Sequence record: OX457022
DNA length: 44,532 nt
Direction: 5' to 3' (one strand)
DNA from: Escherichia phage vB_EcoP-CC1
Position 1 is the stretch's first letter. Each line of letters begins with the position of its first letter. Both the position numbers and the translations under genes were made by a program. The notes below the pieces were generated by a model, which saw only the letters and a program-made list of their open reading frames with translations, had not been told where the DNA came from and made no database searches. Shown here in pieces: positions 32,691 to 42,491 of this stretch.

Positions 32691-35318
32691 ATGCAAGATC
32701 TACACGCTATTCAGCTTCAGCTTGAGGAAGAAATGTTTAACGGCGGTATTCGTCGCTTTGAAGCAGACCAACAACGCCAGATTGCATCAGGTAATGAATC
32801 CGATACGGCATGGAATCGTCGCCTGTTGTCGGAGCTTATCGCACCTATGGCGGAAGGTATTCAGGCTTATAAGGAAGCCTACGAAGGAAAGAAAGGACGC
32901 GCACCGCGTGCACTGGCCTTCATTAACTGCGTAGAGAACGAAGTGGCAGCATATATCACGATGAAGATCGTAATGGATATGCTTAACACAGATGTAACCT
33001 TGCAAGCCATAGCAATGAATGTAGCTGATCGCATCGAAGATCAAGTACGCTTCAGCAAGCTGGAAGGCCACGCCGCCAAATACTTTGAAAAAGTTAAGAA
33101 GTCACTCAAGGCAAGTAAGACTAAATCATATCGCCATGCGCACAACGTAGCGGTAGTGGCTGAGAAGTCAGTAGCTGACCGTGACACTGATTTCTCCCGC
33201 TGGGAGGCGTGGCCTAAAGATACCTTACTGCAAATCGGTATGACCTTGCTAGAAATACTGGAGAATAGCGTATTCTTCAATGGTCAACCTGTCTTCCTCC
33301 GCACCTTGCGCACTAATGGTGGCAAGCATGGTGTTTACTACTTACAGACCAGTGAGCACGTAGGGGAGTGGGTTACAGCATTTAAAGAACATGTAGCGCA
33401 ACTTAGTCCGGCCTATGCACCTTGCGTCATTCCTCCGCGCCCTTGGGTGTCCCCTTTTAATGGTGGGTTTCATACTGAGAAGGTGGCAAGTCGCATCCGT
33501 TTGGTAAAAGGCAACCGTGAGCACGTCCGTAAGCTGACCAAAAAGCAAATGCCAGCAGTTTATAAGGCTGTTAATGCTTTACAGGCCACTAAGTGGCAAG
33601 TTAACAAAGAAGTTTTGCAGGTAGTAGAAGACGTTATCCGTCTCGACCTTGGTTATGGTGTACCTTCCTTTAAACCACTCATCGACCGCGAGAACAAGCC
33701 GGCTAACCCAGTGCCGTTAGAATTTCAACACTTGCGAGGCCGCGAACTGAAGGAAATGTTAACGCCGGAACAATGGCAAGCCTTCATCAACTGGAAAGGT
33801 GAATGCACCAAGCTGTATACCGCTGAGACTAAGCGCGGAAGTAAGTCGGCGGCAACCGTTCGCATGGTAGGACAAGCGCGCAAATACAGCCAGTTTGATG
33901 CGATTTATTTCGTGTATGCACTGGATAGCCGCTCACGCGTTTATGCGCAATCTAGCACACTCTCACCGCAATCAAACGACCTAGGCAAGGCGTTACTGCG
34001 TTTTACCGAAGGGCAGCCGCTAAATAGCTCTGAGGCGCTTAAATGGTTTTTGGTGAACGGGGCGAATAACTGGGGTTGGGATAAGAAGACTTTCGACGTG
34101 CGCACCGCTAACGTACTGGACGGCGAGTTTCAAGATATGTGCCGCGACATTGCAGCGGATCCTCTGACCTTTACTCAATGGGTAAATGCCGATTCACCTT
34201 ATGGATTCCTTGCATGGTGCTTTGAGTATGCTCGTTATTTGGATGCACTGGATGAAGGAACACAAGATCAGTTTGTGACGCATTTACCTGTTCATCAAGA
34301 TGGTAGCTGTTCTGGCATCCAGCACTACAGTGCTATGCTACGCGACGAAGTGGGTGCGAAGGCGGTAAACCTTAAACCATCCGACTCGCCTCAAGATATT
34401 TATGGAGCGGTTGCGCAGGTTGTTATCCAGAAGAACTACGCCTACATGAATGCAGATGATACAGAAACTTTCACATCTGGAAGCGTAACACTTACAGGTG
34501 CAGAACTGCGCAGCATGGCTAACGCGTGGGATATGATTGGGATCACTCGCGGCTTAACCAAAAAGCCAGTAATGACCTTGCCATACGGCTCCACCCGCTT
34601 AACCTGCCGTGAATCGGTGATTGATTATATCGTTGATTTGGAAGAAAAAGAGGCGCAGAGAGCTGTTGCCGAAGGGCGGACGGCTAATCCTGTGCACCCT
34701 TTTGATAATGACCGTAAAGACTATCTGACACCTGGTGCAGCTTACAACTATATGACCGCTTTAATTTGGCCTTCTATCTCTGAGGTTGTTAAAGCGCCTA
34801 TAGTGGCGATGAAAATGATTCGCCAGCTTGCACGATTCGCAGCTAAAAGAAACGAAGGGTTAGAGTACACCTTACCCACTGGTTTCATCTTGCAGCAAAA
34901 GATAATGGCTACCGACATGCTACGCGTATCCACTTGCTTGATGGGTGAAATCAAGATGAGTCTACAGATTGAGACTGATGTAGTGGATGAAACGGCAATG
35001 ATGGGCGCTGCCGCTCCTAACTTTGTTCACGGTCATGATGCGAGTCACCTTATTCTGACTGTATGTGACCTAGTTGACAAAGGTATTACATCAATTGCAG
35101 TTATTCATGACTCTTTCGGAACTCATGCAGGCCGTACATCAGATCTTCGTGATAGCTTAAGGGCAGAAATGGTTAAGATGTATCAAGGGCGTAACGCCTT
35201 GCAGCAATTGCTGGATGAGCATGAAGAACGTTGGTTGGTGGACACTGGCATTCAAGTGCCGGAACAAGGGGAGTTTAACCTTGAAGAGATATTAGTTTCT
35301 GACTATTGTTTTGCATAA
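32691..35318 (+). CDS. Single-subunit DNA-directed RNA polymerase (SP6-type)
   Basis: [32 protein letters not shown]... and most of the length closely follow the recalled SP6 RNAP. The C-terminus ends ...YCFA. Confidence 0.98.
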   Translation: MQDLHAIQLQLEEEMFNGGIRRFEADQQRQIASGNESDTAWNRRLLSELIAPMAEGIQAYKEAYEGKKGRAPRALAFINCVENEVAAYITMKIVMDMLNTDVTLQAIAMNVADRIEDQVRFSKLEGHAAKYFEKVKKSLKASKTKSYRHAHNVAVVAEKSVADRDTDFSRWEAWPKDTLLQIGMTLLEILENSVFFNGQPVFLRTLRTNGGKHGVYYLQTSEHVGEWVTAFKEHVAQLSPAYAPCVIPPRPWVSPFNGGFHTEKVASRIRLVKGNREHVRKLTKKQMPAVYKAVNALQATKWQVNKEVLQVVEDVIRLDLGYGVPSFKPLIDRENKPANPVPLEFQHLRGRELKEMLTPEQWQAFINWKGECTKLYTAETKRGSKSAATVRMVGQARKYSQFDAIYFVYALDSRSRVYAQSSTLSPQSNDLGKALLRFTEGQPLNSSEALKWFLVNGANNWGWDKKTFDVRTANVLDGEFQDMCRDIAADPLTFTQWVNADSPYGFLAWCFEYARYLDALDEGTQDQFVTHLPVHQDGSCSGIQHYSAMLRDEVGAKAVNLKPSDSPQDIYGAVAQVVIQKNYAYMNADDTETFTSGSVTLTGAELRSMANAWDMIGITRGLTKKPVMTLPYGSTRLTCRESVIDYIVDLEEKEAQRAVAEGRTANPVHPFDNDRKDYLTPGAAYNYMTALIWPSISEVVKAPIVAMKMIRQLARFAAKRNEGLEYTLPTGFILQQKIMATDMLRVSTCLMGEIKMSLQIETDVVDETAMMGAAAPNFVHGHDASHLILTVCDLVDKGITSIAVIHDSFGTHAGRTSDLRDSLRAEMVKMYQGRNALQQLLDEHEERWLVDTGIQVPEQGEFNLEEILVSDYCFA

Positions 35319-35325
35319 TATTGAT

Positions 35326-35357
35326 AGGCCATTCCTTAGGGAGTGGCCTTTTCTTTT
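35326..35357 (+). terminator. Terminator after the RNAP gene (early terminator analogue)
   Basis: The AGGCCA...TGGCCT hairpin is followed by TTTTCTTTT. Confidence 0.6.
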
Positions 35358-35392
35358 ACCTATTACCTGTAACATTTAATTAACATAACCGT

Positions 35393-35408
35393 GTCTCACG
35401 CGTGAGAC
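35393..35408. repeat. Palindrome family copy (GTCTCACGCGTGAGAC)
   Basis: It is a perfect dyad located 2 bp upstream of the promoter at 35411. Confidence 0.9.
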
Positions 35409-35410
35409 TT

Positions 35411-35433
35411 ATTTACCGGACACTATAGGATAA
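35411..35433 (+). promoter_or_regulatory. Phage RNAP promoter, ACCGG class (ATTTACCGGACACTATAGGATAA)
   Basis: It matches the core consensus and is the first of a tandem pair after the RNAP gene. Confidence 0.8.
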
Positions 35434-35573
35434 CCGTCGGAGACGGAAAGAGAAGGGAAGATAAGGATATAAAGGAAGTAATAGGTATTAAAGGTTGTAT
35501 AGGTTTACCTAGGAATACTTATTACCTTCTTCCTTCCTCTTCTTACTACCTAGAGGAAGGGCAGACCTAGGTT

Positions 35574-35589
35574 GTCTCACATGTGAGAC
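35574..35589. repeat. Palindrome family copy (GTCTCACATGTGAGAC)
   Basis: It is a perfect dyad located 4 bp upstream of the promoter at 35594. Confidence 0.9.
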
Positions 35590-35593
35590 TTCG

Positions 35594-35616
35594 TATTTAC
35601 CGGACAGTATAGATAA
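35594..35616 (+). promoter_or_regulatory. Phage RNAP promoter variant (ATTTACCGGACAGTATAGATAAG)
   Basis: It matches the consensus except for a C-to-G change at -5. It is the second of the tandem pair. Confidence 0.6.
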
Positions 35617-35642
35617 GACTAACTTACTTTGGAGATTTAACC

Positions 35643-35771
35643 ATGCGTAACTTTGAGAAGATGACCCGTAAAGCTAACCGTTTTGACATGGAAGAAGGGC
35701 AGACGAGAGGCAAGAAGCTGAATAAACCTGTCCGTGACCGTGCATCTAAACGAGCAGCGTGGGAGTCCTAA
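35643..35771 (+). CDS. T7 gp1.1-like 42-aa basic protein
   Basis: GGAG precedes the ATG. MRNFEKMTRKANRF...GKKLNKPVRDRASKRAAWES compares with recalled T7 gp1.1 MRNFEKMTKRSNRN...GRKLNKTKRDRSHKRSWEGQ. It is not in the track because it is under 60 aa. Confidence 0.6.
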   Translation: MRNFEKMTRKANRFDMEEGQTRGKKLNKPVRDRASKRAAWES

Positions 35772-35774
35772 GTT

Positions 35775-37763
35775 ATGGCTATTATTCAGAACGTACCGTG
35801 CCCTGCCTGCCAAAAGAATGGACACGATAAATCCGGCAACCATCTTATGATATTTGAGGATGGCGCTGGTTACTGTAACCGTGGTCATTTCCATGATAAT
35901 GGCAAACCTTATTACCATAAGCCAGAGGGCGGCATCGAGATAACCGAATTGCCCATTACTGGCAATATCAAATACACACCTTCTCAATTCAAAGAAATGG
36001 AGAAGGAAGGGAAGATAAGCGACCCTAAGCTACGCGCCATCGCACTTGGTGGTATGCGTATGAAAGACCGTTGGGAGGTCATGAATGAGCAAGAAAGGGC
36101 AGACCAAGAAGCAGAGTGGAAACTTGATGTTGAATGGTTCCTCACGCTTAAGCGTAAGAACCTTGTTTCCCGACACATTCGCGGCGACATTTGCGCATTG
36201 TATGATGTACGTGTCGGACACGATGAAGAGGGTAGAGTCTCGCGGCATTACTATCCACGCTTCGAGAAAGGTGAGCTAGTAGGAGCTAAGTGTCGCACAT
36301 TACCTAAAGACTTTAAGTTTGGTCATTTAGGTAAACTCTTTGGTATGCAAGATCTTTTCGGGATGAATACTTTGTCTCACGTGTTAGACAAGGGAAGACG
36401 AAAGGATTGCTTGCTTATTGTTGGTGGGGAACTGGATGCGCTAGCAGCGCAGCAGATGCTCCTTGATTCTGCCAAGGGTACTAAGTGGGAAGGTCAACCT
36501 TACCATGTATGGTCTGTTAACAAAGGGGAGTCTTGCCTTGAAGAGATTGTGCAGAACCGTGAACACATCGCCCAATTCAAGAAGATTATTTGGGGCTTCG
36601 ATGGGGATGAGGTAGGGCAGAAGCAGAACCAGCAAGCGGCTCGCCTGTTCCCTGGCAAATCTTATATCCTTGAATACCCCTCTGGTTGCAAAGATGCCAA
36701 CAAGGCATTGATGGCTGGTAAAGCCAAAGAATTTGTGGATGCTTGGTTTAATGCAAAGTCATCTGATGAAGTCTTTGGTAGCCAGATTAAATCTATCGCA
36801 TCTCAAAGGGATAAGCTCAAGGCTGCACGTCCAGAACAAGGGCTGTCATGGCCTTGGCCTAAGCTAAACAAGGTAACACTGGGTATCCGTAAGAACCAGC
36901 TTATCATTATAGGTGCAGGCTCTGGTGTTGGTAAGACAGAGTTCCTCCGTGAAGTGGTAAAGCATCTCATCGAAGAACACGGTGAATCTGTAGGTATCAT
37001 TTCTACAGAAGACCCGATGGTCAAAGTGTCCCGTGCTTTTATCGGTAAGTGGATTGATAAGCGTATTGAACTACCGCCAACCAATGACCCGAAAGAAGAT
37101 GGCTACCGTGAGGTGTTCGACTATACAGAGGAAGAGGCTAATGCTGCCATTGATTATGTAGCTGATACAGGGAAGCTGTTTGTAGCTGACCTAGAGGGTG
37201 ACTATTCGATGGAGAAGGTAGAGCAAACTTGCCTAGAGTTTGAGGCTATGGGTATTTCTAATATCATCATTGATAACTTAACGGGGATTAAATTAGATGA
37301 GCGTGCTTTTGGTGGGAAGGTTGGTGCACTTGATGAATGCGTCAAACGAATTGGTACTATCAAAGACCGACATGCGGTTACGATTTTCCTTGTCTCTCAC
37401 CTTACACGCCCTCCGGCAAACCGTACCCAACACGAAGAAGGTGGCGAAGTTATCCTTTCTGACTTCCGAGGCTCAGGCGCTATCGGATTCTGGGCATCTT
37501 ACGCCTTGGGGATTGAGCGTAATACAAGAGCTGAAACGCTTGATGAACGGACTACCACGTACATCTCATGTGTCAAAGACCGCGACCAAGGTATCTACAC
37601 TGGAACCAAGGTCATGCTTAAGGGTGACATTCAAACCGGACGTTTAATGGAACCACAAGCCCGTACTAAGTCATTTGATACAGGTGAAGCAAGGCAACAA
37701 GAAGTACCTGATTTACCGGACACTATAGAAGAGACAACCTTTGACGATGAACAGGAGTTTTGA
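35775..37763 (+). CDS. Primase-helicase (T7 gp4-like)
   Basis: A zinc ribbon (CPACQKNGH...CNRGH) and a TOPRIM region are present. The Walker A motif is GAGSGVGKT and the acidic C-terminus reads ...FDDEQEF. Confidence 0.92.
   Translation: MAIIQNVPCPACQKNGHDKSGNHLMIFEDGAGYCNRGHFHDNGKPYYHKPEGGIEITELPITGNIKYTPSQFKEMEKEGKISDPKLRAIALGGMRMKDRWEVMNEQERADQEAEWKLDVEWFLTLKRKNLVSRHIRGDICALYDVRVGHDEEGRVSRHYYPRFEKGELVGAKCRTLPKDFKFGHLGKLFGMQDLFGMNTLSHVLDKGRRKDCLLIVGGELDALAAQQMLLDSAKGTKWEGQPYHVWSVNKGESCLEEIVQNREHIAQFKKIIWGFDGDEVGQKQNQQAARLFPGKSYILEYPSGCKDANKALMAGKAKEFVDAWFNAKSSDEVFGSQIKSIASQRDKLKAARPEQGLSWPWPKLNKVTLGIRKNQLIIIGAGSGVGKTEFLREVVKHLIEEHGESVGIISTEDPMVKVSRAFIGKWIDKRIELPPTNDPKEDGYREVFDYTEEEANAAIDYVADTGKLFVADLEGDYSMEKVEQTCLEFEAMGISNIIIDNLTGIKLDERAFGGKVGALDECVKRIGTIKDRHAVTIFLVSHLTRPPANRTQHEEGGEVILSDFRGSGAIGFWASYALGIERNTRAETLDERTTTYISCVKDRDQGIYTGTKVMLKGDIQTGRLMEPQARTKSFDTGEARQQEVPDLPDTIEETTFDDEQEF
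36374..36389. repeat. Palindrome family copy, 1 mismatch, intragenic (GTCTCACGTGTTAGAC)
   Basis: Read directly inside the primase-helicase CDS, where it codes LSHVLD. Confidence 0.6.
37711..37733 (+). promoter_or_regulatory. Phage RNAP promoter, ACCGG class, inside the 3' end of primase-helicase (ATTTACCGGACACTATAGAAGAG)
   Basis: It is a full consensus match. Confidence 0.75.
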
Positions 37764-37924
37764 TGGAAATTATTAAACCATTATTAAATATCGGCGTTGA
37801 CATCCTATTCATGCTTATGCTAGCAAACTATGCTGCACGATATGGATTCAAGCCAGCTGTGAAACTTATCGTTGCATCTGGTTTTCTTATGTCAATGTTC
37901 TTTATTGTAACACACCTTATCTAG
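37763..37924 (+). CDS. 53-aa two-TM membrane protein
   Basis: It is coupled by a TGATG overlap, with AGGAG upstream. The sequence is MEIIKPLLNIGVDILFMLMLANYAARYGFKPAVKLIVASGFLMSMFFIVTHLI. Confidence 0.5.
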   Translation: MEIIKPLLNIGVDILFMLMLANYAARYGFKPAVKLIVASGFLMSMFFIVTHLI

Positions 37925-37935
37925 TGTATTTATCA

Positions 37936-37963
37936 GGGCTTGTCTCACATGTGAGACAGGCTC
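37936..37963 (+). promoter_or_regulatory. Extended hairpin with a palindrome apex (GGGCTT-GTCTCACATGTGAGAC-AGGCTC)
   Basis: The core is at 37942-37957. The flanks pair with two G-U wobbles on the + strand RNA only. Confidence 0.6.
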
Positions 37964-37996
37964 TTATTAAGTACATTAAATAACTGGAGATTGATT

Positions 37997-38719
37997 ATGT
38001 ATAAATTAGTATTGAATGCAGGTGATTATGTTCGTAACATCAATGAAGCCTCACGTCGTTATCGTTGCCGTGGTGTGGTTAGCTATGTAAGTGAGAACAT
38101 GTACCATGTGGAGTACAGCAACGGCATTAAACAATCTTATCATAAGAAGTTAGCACATAACTACCTTGAGAAGATTGGCGAGACAAGCAATCAATGCAAG
38201 TGTGTACATGATGAGGTTTGCGATAAGTGCAAACGTCAGGCAATTAAAGCCTTTACCTTTGCGCAACGTTATGGTTCTATGTATGGTGCTGGTCACAAGA
38301 CCGTTGCAGAAGCAGCTTGGAAGACATTACAGTTTGAGCATTCAAATGGACGACGCACCACAATTAAGAAAGAGCGCCGCAATGTCATCACTGGTAAGAC
38401 TCAAAGTGAGATGATTAAGCAATGTGGCACTGCATTAGGTGTTACACAGTTCAATACACGTGCTCTAGGTAAATCTACAGGACAAGCTATGTTTAAGATT
38501 GGTGAAGCCATGATGCACCCAAATGTACCTGTGCGAATCATGGATGTTGACCATGCAATCACAGAACATGGTACAACACGGCGTGTAGTTAATAATCATT
38601 TTGCCGACACTATAGAAGATATTATCCGTAAGCAAGGATTGAAAGGTCTTCACATCTTAAATGGTGAAGAGTTGCTGTACCTTCCTATTGTTACCGAAGA
38701 AACCTACGTGAATATCTAA
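37997..38719 (+). CDS. Hypothetical 240-aa protein with a Cys cluster (CKCVHDEVCDKCKRQ)
   Basis: GGAG precedes the ATG at 37997. I do not recognise any family. Confidence 0.65.
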   Translation: MYKLVLNAGDYVRNINEASRRYRCRGVVSYVSENMYHVEYSNGIKQSYHKKLAHNYLEKIGETSNQCKCVHDEVCDKCKRQAIKAFTFAQRYGSMYGAGHKTVAEAAWKTLQFEHSNGRRTTIKKERRNVITGKTQSEMIKQCGTALGVTQFNTRALGKSTGQAMFKIGEAMMHPNVPVRIMDVDHAITEHGTTRRVVNNHFADTIEDIIRKQGLKGLHILNGEELLYLPIVTEETYVNI

Positions 38720-38729
38720 GGAGTTAATC

Positions 38730-38918
38730 ATGACTAAAGTATTGATTTATATGAGAGGTGCTAATAAATGCTATGCAGTTGTAGCACCTGATGGGGTCAA
38801 GCCTTACGGTACTTCAAAAGGATTAGCATTAATAGGTGCTAGTCGCAGTGCAAGTTTCCAAATGGAACTTTTTGGTCATTGGACTGAAAAAAAGAATTCC
38901 GTGAAGAGTTTAATGTAA
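38730..38918 (+). CDS. Hypothetical 62-aa protein
   Basis: AAGGAG precedes the ATG. Confidence 0.5.
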   Translation: MTKVLIYMRGANKCYAVVAPDGVKPYGTSKGLALIGASRSASFQMELFGHWTEKKNSVKSLM

Positions 38919-38939
38919 TTGGCAGCTTTATGGTGAAAC

Positions 38940-39137
38940 ATGCAAAATAAACATAGCCTTAAGATGTTTGATGGTCACGAAGACCTGCAAGCACAAATTA
39001 CCAACCAAGCCTTCCTGTTTGCACAGTTAACTATGGCTGAAGCAAAGAAGAACAGCCTTACTCGTGAGCAGATTATCAAGGAAGGTAGCCGTGGTGCTAC
39101 TCGTCGTACCAAGAACCACAGAAGTGGTGCTCGCTAG
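38940..39137 (+). CDS. Hypothetical 65-aa protein with a basic C-terminus
   Basis: It is a track ORF with a weak SD. Confidence 0.4.
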   Translation: MQNKHSLKMFDGHEDLQAQITNQAFLFAQLTMAEAKKNSLTREQIIKEGSRGATRRTKNHRSGAR

Positions 39138-39147
39138 TCGATAAGTC

Positions 39148-39177
39148 AAGGGTTGTCTCACGTGTGAGACAGCCTTT
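39148..39177 (+). promoter_or_regulatory. Extended hairpin with a palindrome apex (AAGGGTT-GTCTCACGTGTGAGAC-AGCCTTT)
   Basis: The core is at 39155-39170. The flanks pair with two G-U wobbles and are followed by CATCAT. Confidence 0.6.
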
Positions 39178-39201
39178 CATCATATTGATTGGAGGTGCAT
39201 T

Positions 39202-39309
39202 ATGCCACGTGATTATGATTCTGATTGGGACTACTATGACTCAATGAATCCAAAACCCGAACGTTCAGATGATTACTACGAAACAGAGGCAATGTATGAA
39301 AACTATTGA
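39202..39309 (+). CDS. 35-aa Asp/Tyr-rich peptide overlapping the DNA polymerase start
   Basis: GGAGGTG precedes the ATG. The sequence is MPRDYDSDWDYYDSMNPKPERSDDYYETEAMYENY. Confidence 0.35.
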   Translation: MPRDYDSDWDYYDSMNPKPERSDDYYETEAMYENY

Positions 39310-41842
39310 TTGGAAGAAGGAAGCAGAAGGCCGCATCCTCGTCATGGACGCAGAAGCTAAAGGTCTGCTTGATGCTATCCGCTACGGTCATCGTGAAGAT
39401 GTACACATCATTTGCTGCATGGACTTGCTCACCACTGAGGAGTTCCTCTTCTTCGACCCATATGAGATGCGTGACCCTGAAGCAAGAGAACGCCTGAAGG
39501 AGTGGGAAGGCCATCAAGATGGTGACTTGGTTGACGGTGTTAACTTCCTGAAACACTGTGAAGCTATCGTGTCACAGAACTTCCTAGGGTATGACGGCCT
39601 CCTTTTTGAGAAAGCCTTCCCTGATATCTGGAAAGGTTTTAACTATACCGAAAGGCGCGGCAAGGGCAGACTCCGTGCCGACCTGTGTCCTGTGCGAGTC
39701 ATGGACACGCTGGTGATGAGCCGCCTGTTAAACCCCGATAGACGCCTTCCTCCGCAAGCATATGCCAAAGGTATGGGTAACGTCGCCCCTCATTCAATTG
39801 AGGCGCACGGCATCCGTATAGGACGCTATAAGCCGGAGAATGAGGACTGGTCTAAACTAACTGACCACATGGTTCACCGTGTCCGCGAGGACGTGGCAAT
39901 CGGTCGTGACCTTTTCCTGTGGCTGTACAATGGAGAGTGGACGGAGCATAAACGCCGTGGCGTGAATAAACGCACTGGCCTAGGCATTGAGACAGCCTTC
40001 CACATGGAGTCTATTGTGGCGCTGGAGATGAGCCGTCAGGCAGAGCGTGGATTCCGTCTGGATATTGACAAAGCACTAGCGCGATGCGAAGAACTGGACG
40101 CTAAGATTGATGAGACAGTCGCAGCGTTCCGCCCTCACATGCCTATGCGTATCAAGTCTAAACCTTTTAAACCGGAAGAAAAGAATGAAGTATGCCAACG
40201 CGCAAATGAGTATGGAGCTAGCAACAATATACCTACTGTCCTTGACCCCTCACACTTTCTTCATGCCGAGAGACGAGGAGATCGCAAGACAGTATGGAGT
40301 GTCACTACTAAGTCTGGTGATTGGTCGGCTAGCGTCAAGAAAGACTTTCCTCACCTTAGAGGAAACCGTAATGACACGCCAAGCATCAAGTGGATTGGCG
40401 CTTACTCGCCTGTTACTTTCGAAGAGATTCCCTTGGGTAACAGGGATACAGTTAAGCAAGTGCTCTATGATTATGGATGGAAAGGTGTTGAATTTAACGA
40501 TACCGAGCAAGCGCATCTCGATGAGCATGGCGTATTACCCAAACCTTGGAGTGGAAAGATAAATGAGAAATCCCTTACTTTATGGCAAGAAAGAGCCGCA
40601 CGTGAAGGTAAAACAGTACCAGATTGGTGCTTGGGTATCGCTGCATGGTACATACTCGTATCCCGTCGTGGTCAGATCCTCAACCGTGGTGACGTTGAAG
40701 CCTTCGATCAGAAGGGGGCGTGGCCTTCGCAAGCTGGTGTACGAAAGTGTCGCGGCCTTATACCTGTAGCCTTTAACAAGGAATTAGGAATCAATGCGCA
40801 ACAATACTACGAGAGGTATGGGTATTGGCCTACGTCTGACAAGGATGACGGAGAGTGGCGTGTGCCAGCTATTGCTATTAGTATTGGCACTTCTACGTTC
40901 CGTATGCGTCATCGCAATGTGGTTAATATTCCTGCCCGTGGCTTGTATCCTTTACGTGATTTATTCATAGCAGGTAAAGGTAAGCTAATCCTTGGTTGTG
41001 ATGGTGCAGGTCTTGAACTACGTGTACTTTCTCACTTCATGAATGACCCTGAGTACCAAGATATTGTACTGCATGGCGATATACATACTCATAACCAGAT
41101 GAAGGCGGGTCTTCCTAAGCGTGATATGGCGAAGACATTTATATATGCCTTCCTTTACGGCTCTGGTATAGCTAACCTTGCAGCAGTGTGCGGTGTTACT
41201 GAGGAAGAAATGAAGGAAGTTGTGGCAAGATTCGAGATTGAATTACCATCCCTTGCACGTCTTCGTGAGAATGTTATCGCACAAGGCAACAAGTTTGGAT
41301 ACTTACAAGCACCTGACGGGCATTGGGGTCGCATCCGTATGTCTGGTGGAGAACTTAAAGAGCACACTATGCTTAATGTATTACTCCAAATGACTGGCTC
41401 TTTGTGTATGAAATACGCATTGGTCAAAGCGTTTGCAGTGATGCGCAAGGAAGGTGTGGCCTTAGATAGTATGGGACACCCTTGTGGTGTAGCTAACGTG
41501 CACGATGAAATCCAGATGGAAGTACCTGAAGAAGAGGTATTGTATCTTAACTACGACCTACCTTTCACCTTAGAGGGGTTTGAAACAGAGAAGGCTGCTG
41601 TGAAAGCAGTATTCGATGCAGAGGAGAAACGTGTTCATGTGGATTCTGAAGGACGTATGTGGTCTGCTGCAAATCTCATTAGTGTTGATGCTGCTGCTGG
41701 TGTACTTCATTGCCAGCGTCGTTATCACCGCGCAGGGCATATCATTGCCGACGCCATGACTTGGGCTGGTCAGTATCTGAAGATGCGTTGCCCGATGGCA
41801 GGCGAGTATAAGATTGGCGCAAGCTGGAAGGAAACGCACTAG
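39296..41842 (+). CDS. DNA polymerase (family A, T7 gp5-like) with a 3'-5' exonuclease domain
   Basis: The start MKTIDWKK has GAGG upstream. The exonuclease motif is LVMDAEAKGL. Polymerase motifs are LGCDGAGLELRV, RDMAKTFIYAFLYGSG and NVHDEIQMEV. Confidence 0.95.
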   Translation: MKTIDWKKEAEGRILVMDAEAKGLLDAIRYGHREDVHIICCMDLLTTEEFLFFDPYEMRDPEARERLKEWEGHQDGDLVDGVNFLKHCEAIVSQNFLGYDGLLFEKAFPDIWKGFNYTERRGKGRLRADLCPVRVMDTLVMSRLLNPDRRLPPQAYAKGMGNVAPHSIEAHGIRIGRYKPENEDWSKLTDHMVHRVREDVAIGRDLFLWLYNGEWTEHKRRGVNKRTGLGIETAFHMESIVALEMSRQAERGFRLDIDKALARCEELDAKIDETVAAFRPHMPMRIKSKPFKPEEKNEVCQRANEYGASNNIPTVLDPSHFLHAERRGDRKTVWSVTTKSGDWSASVKKDFPHLRGNRNDTPSIKWIGAYSPVTFEEIPLGNRDTVKQVLYDYGWKGVEFNDTEQAHLDEHGVLPKPWSGKINEKSLTLWQERAAREGKTVPDWCLGIAAWYILVSRRGQILNRGDVEAFDQKGAWPSQAGVRKCRGLIPVAFNKELGINAQQYYERYGYWPTSDKDDGEWRVPAIAISIGTSTFRMRHRNVVNIPARGLYPLRDLFIAGKGKLILGCDGAGLELRVLSHFMNDPEYQDIVLHGDIHTHNQMKAGLPKRDMAKTFIYAFLYGSGIANLAAVCGVTEEEMKEVVARFEIELPSLARLRENVIAQGNKFGYLQAPDGHWGRIRMSGGELKEHTMLNVLLQMTGSLCMKYALVKAFAVMRKEGVALDSMGHPCGVANVHDEIQMEVPEEEVLYLNYDLPFTLEGFETEKAAVKAVFDAEEKRVHVDSEGRMWSAANLISVDAAAGVLHCQRRYHRAGHIIADAMTWAGQYLKMRCPMAGEYKIGASWKETH

Positions 41843-41960
41843 TGGATAGATTAGATATTGTTTGCTTGTTCTTTACCTTCTTTCTTGTCTTTCTTATGCT
41901 TGCTTGTTATGGAAGTATTCAGGTAAATATACCTGATGAAGAGGAAGGATACGACTGAGT

Positions 41961-41996
41961 TATACTCAAGGTCACTTACGAGTGGCCTTTATGAAT
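41961..41996 (+). promoter_or_regulatory. RNase III-like hairpin (TATACTCAAGGT-CACTTACGAGTG-GCCTTTATGAAT)
   Basis: The upper stem AAGGTCAC...GTGGCCTT resembles the recalled T7 R1.1/R0.3 stems. The flanks are identical to those at 15558-15601. Confidence 0.55.
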
Positions 41997-42026
41997 AACT
42001 TACTCCTACTTATTTTGTCTAACATG

Positions 42027-42049
42027 ATTTACTGGACACTATAGAAGGA
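42027..42049 (+). promoter_or_regulatory. Phage RNAP promoter (ATTTACTGGACACTATAGAAGGA)
   Basis: It is a consensus match, directly preceded by the half palindrome GTCTAACATG (42017-42026). Confidence 0.85.
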
Positions 42050-42113
42050 AAGCCTAGGTAATCTAGGTTTATAAGGTAGTATAGGTAATTAAGTAAATAT
42101 AGGAGATATAAAT

Positions 42114-42491
42114 ATGTCTATGGTAACTACTCTGGTATTCGTAGCTCAATACTTTCGTGGCCTGGCTAATAAGTTTAAACAGAAAGCAATCTTTGCAATT
42201 CAAGAACGTATTAATAAAATTGAAGAAGAACAAGTAGATGTAGAGGAACATCGTAGTTCTCAGATGATTGACCTGCATAATCGTCTGTACAAAGATCGTG
42301 ATGAGATGCGTCACCGTCATGCGAAGGAAGTTGAAGACATGCTTAACCGCCATGCGGAAGAACAAGCTAAGTTGGAAACCACTTTCCATGAGGATAAACG
42401 TAGCATCGCTCTAGCACATCAAGCTGCATCGGATAGCCTGAAGAAAGAGATTGTTATGCTGGAGATTGAGTTAGACAATCTTACCAAATAA
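42114..42491 (+). CDS. Hypothetical 125-aa coiled-coil protein
   Basis: TAGGAG precedes the ATG. A hydrophobic N-terminus is followed by charged heptad-like sequence. Confidence 0.6.
   Translation: MSMVTTLVFVAQYFRGLANKFKQKAIFAIQERINKIEEEQVDVEEHRSSQMIDLHNRLYKDRDEMRHRHAKEVEDMLNRHAEEQAKLETTFHEDKRSIALAHQAASDSLKKEIVMLEIELDNLTK

Noticed and set aside
40107-40562. Nested or out-of-frame + strand ORFs inside large genes: 40107-40562, 23172-23513, 37297-37647, 1480-1761, 3130-3318, 6560-6778, 20335-20799, 21382-21645, 38166-38414 and others.
   Set aside because: They lie within strongly supported CDSs in alternative frames, lack ribosome-binding sites and have biased composition typical of off-frame translation.
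41843-41959. A GTG-initiated 38-aa hydrophobic ORF right after the DNA polymerase stop.
   Set aside because: It has only a weak, distant SD, so it cannot be supported from sequence alone. It is left unannotated but would be worth a look in ribosome profiling.
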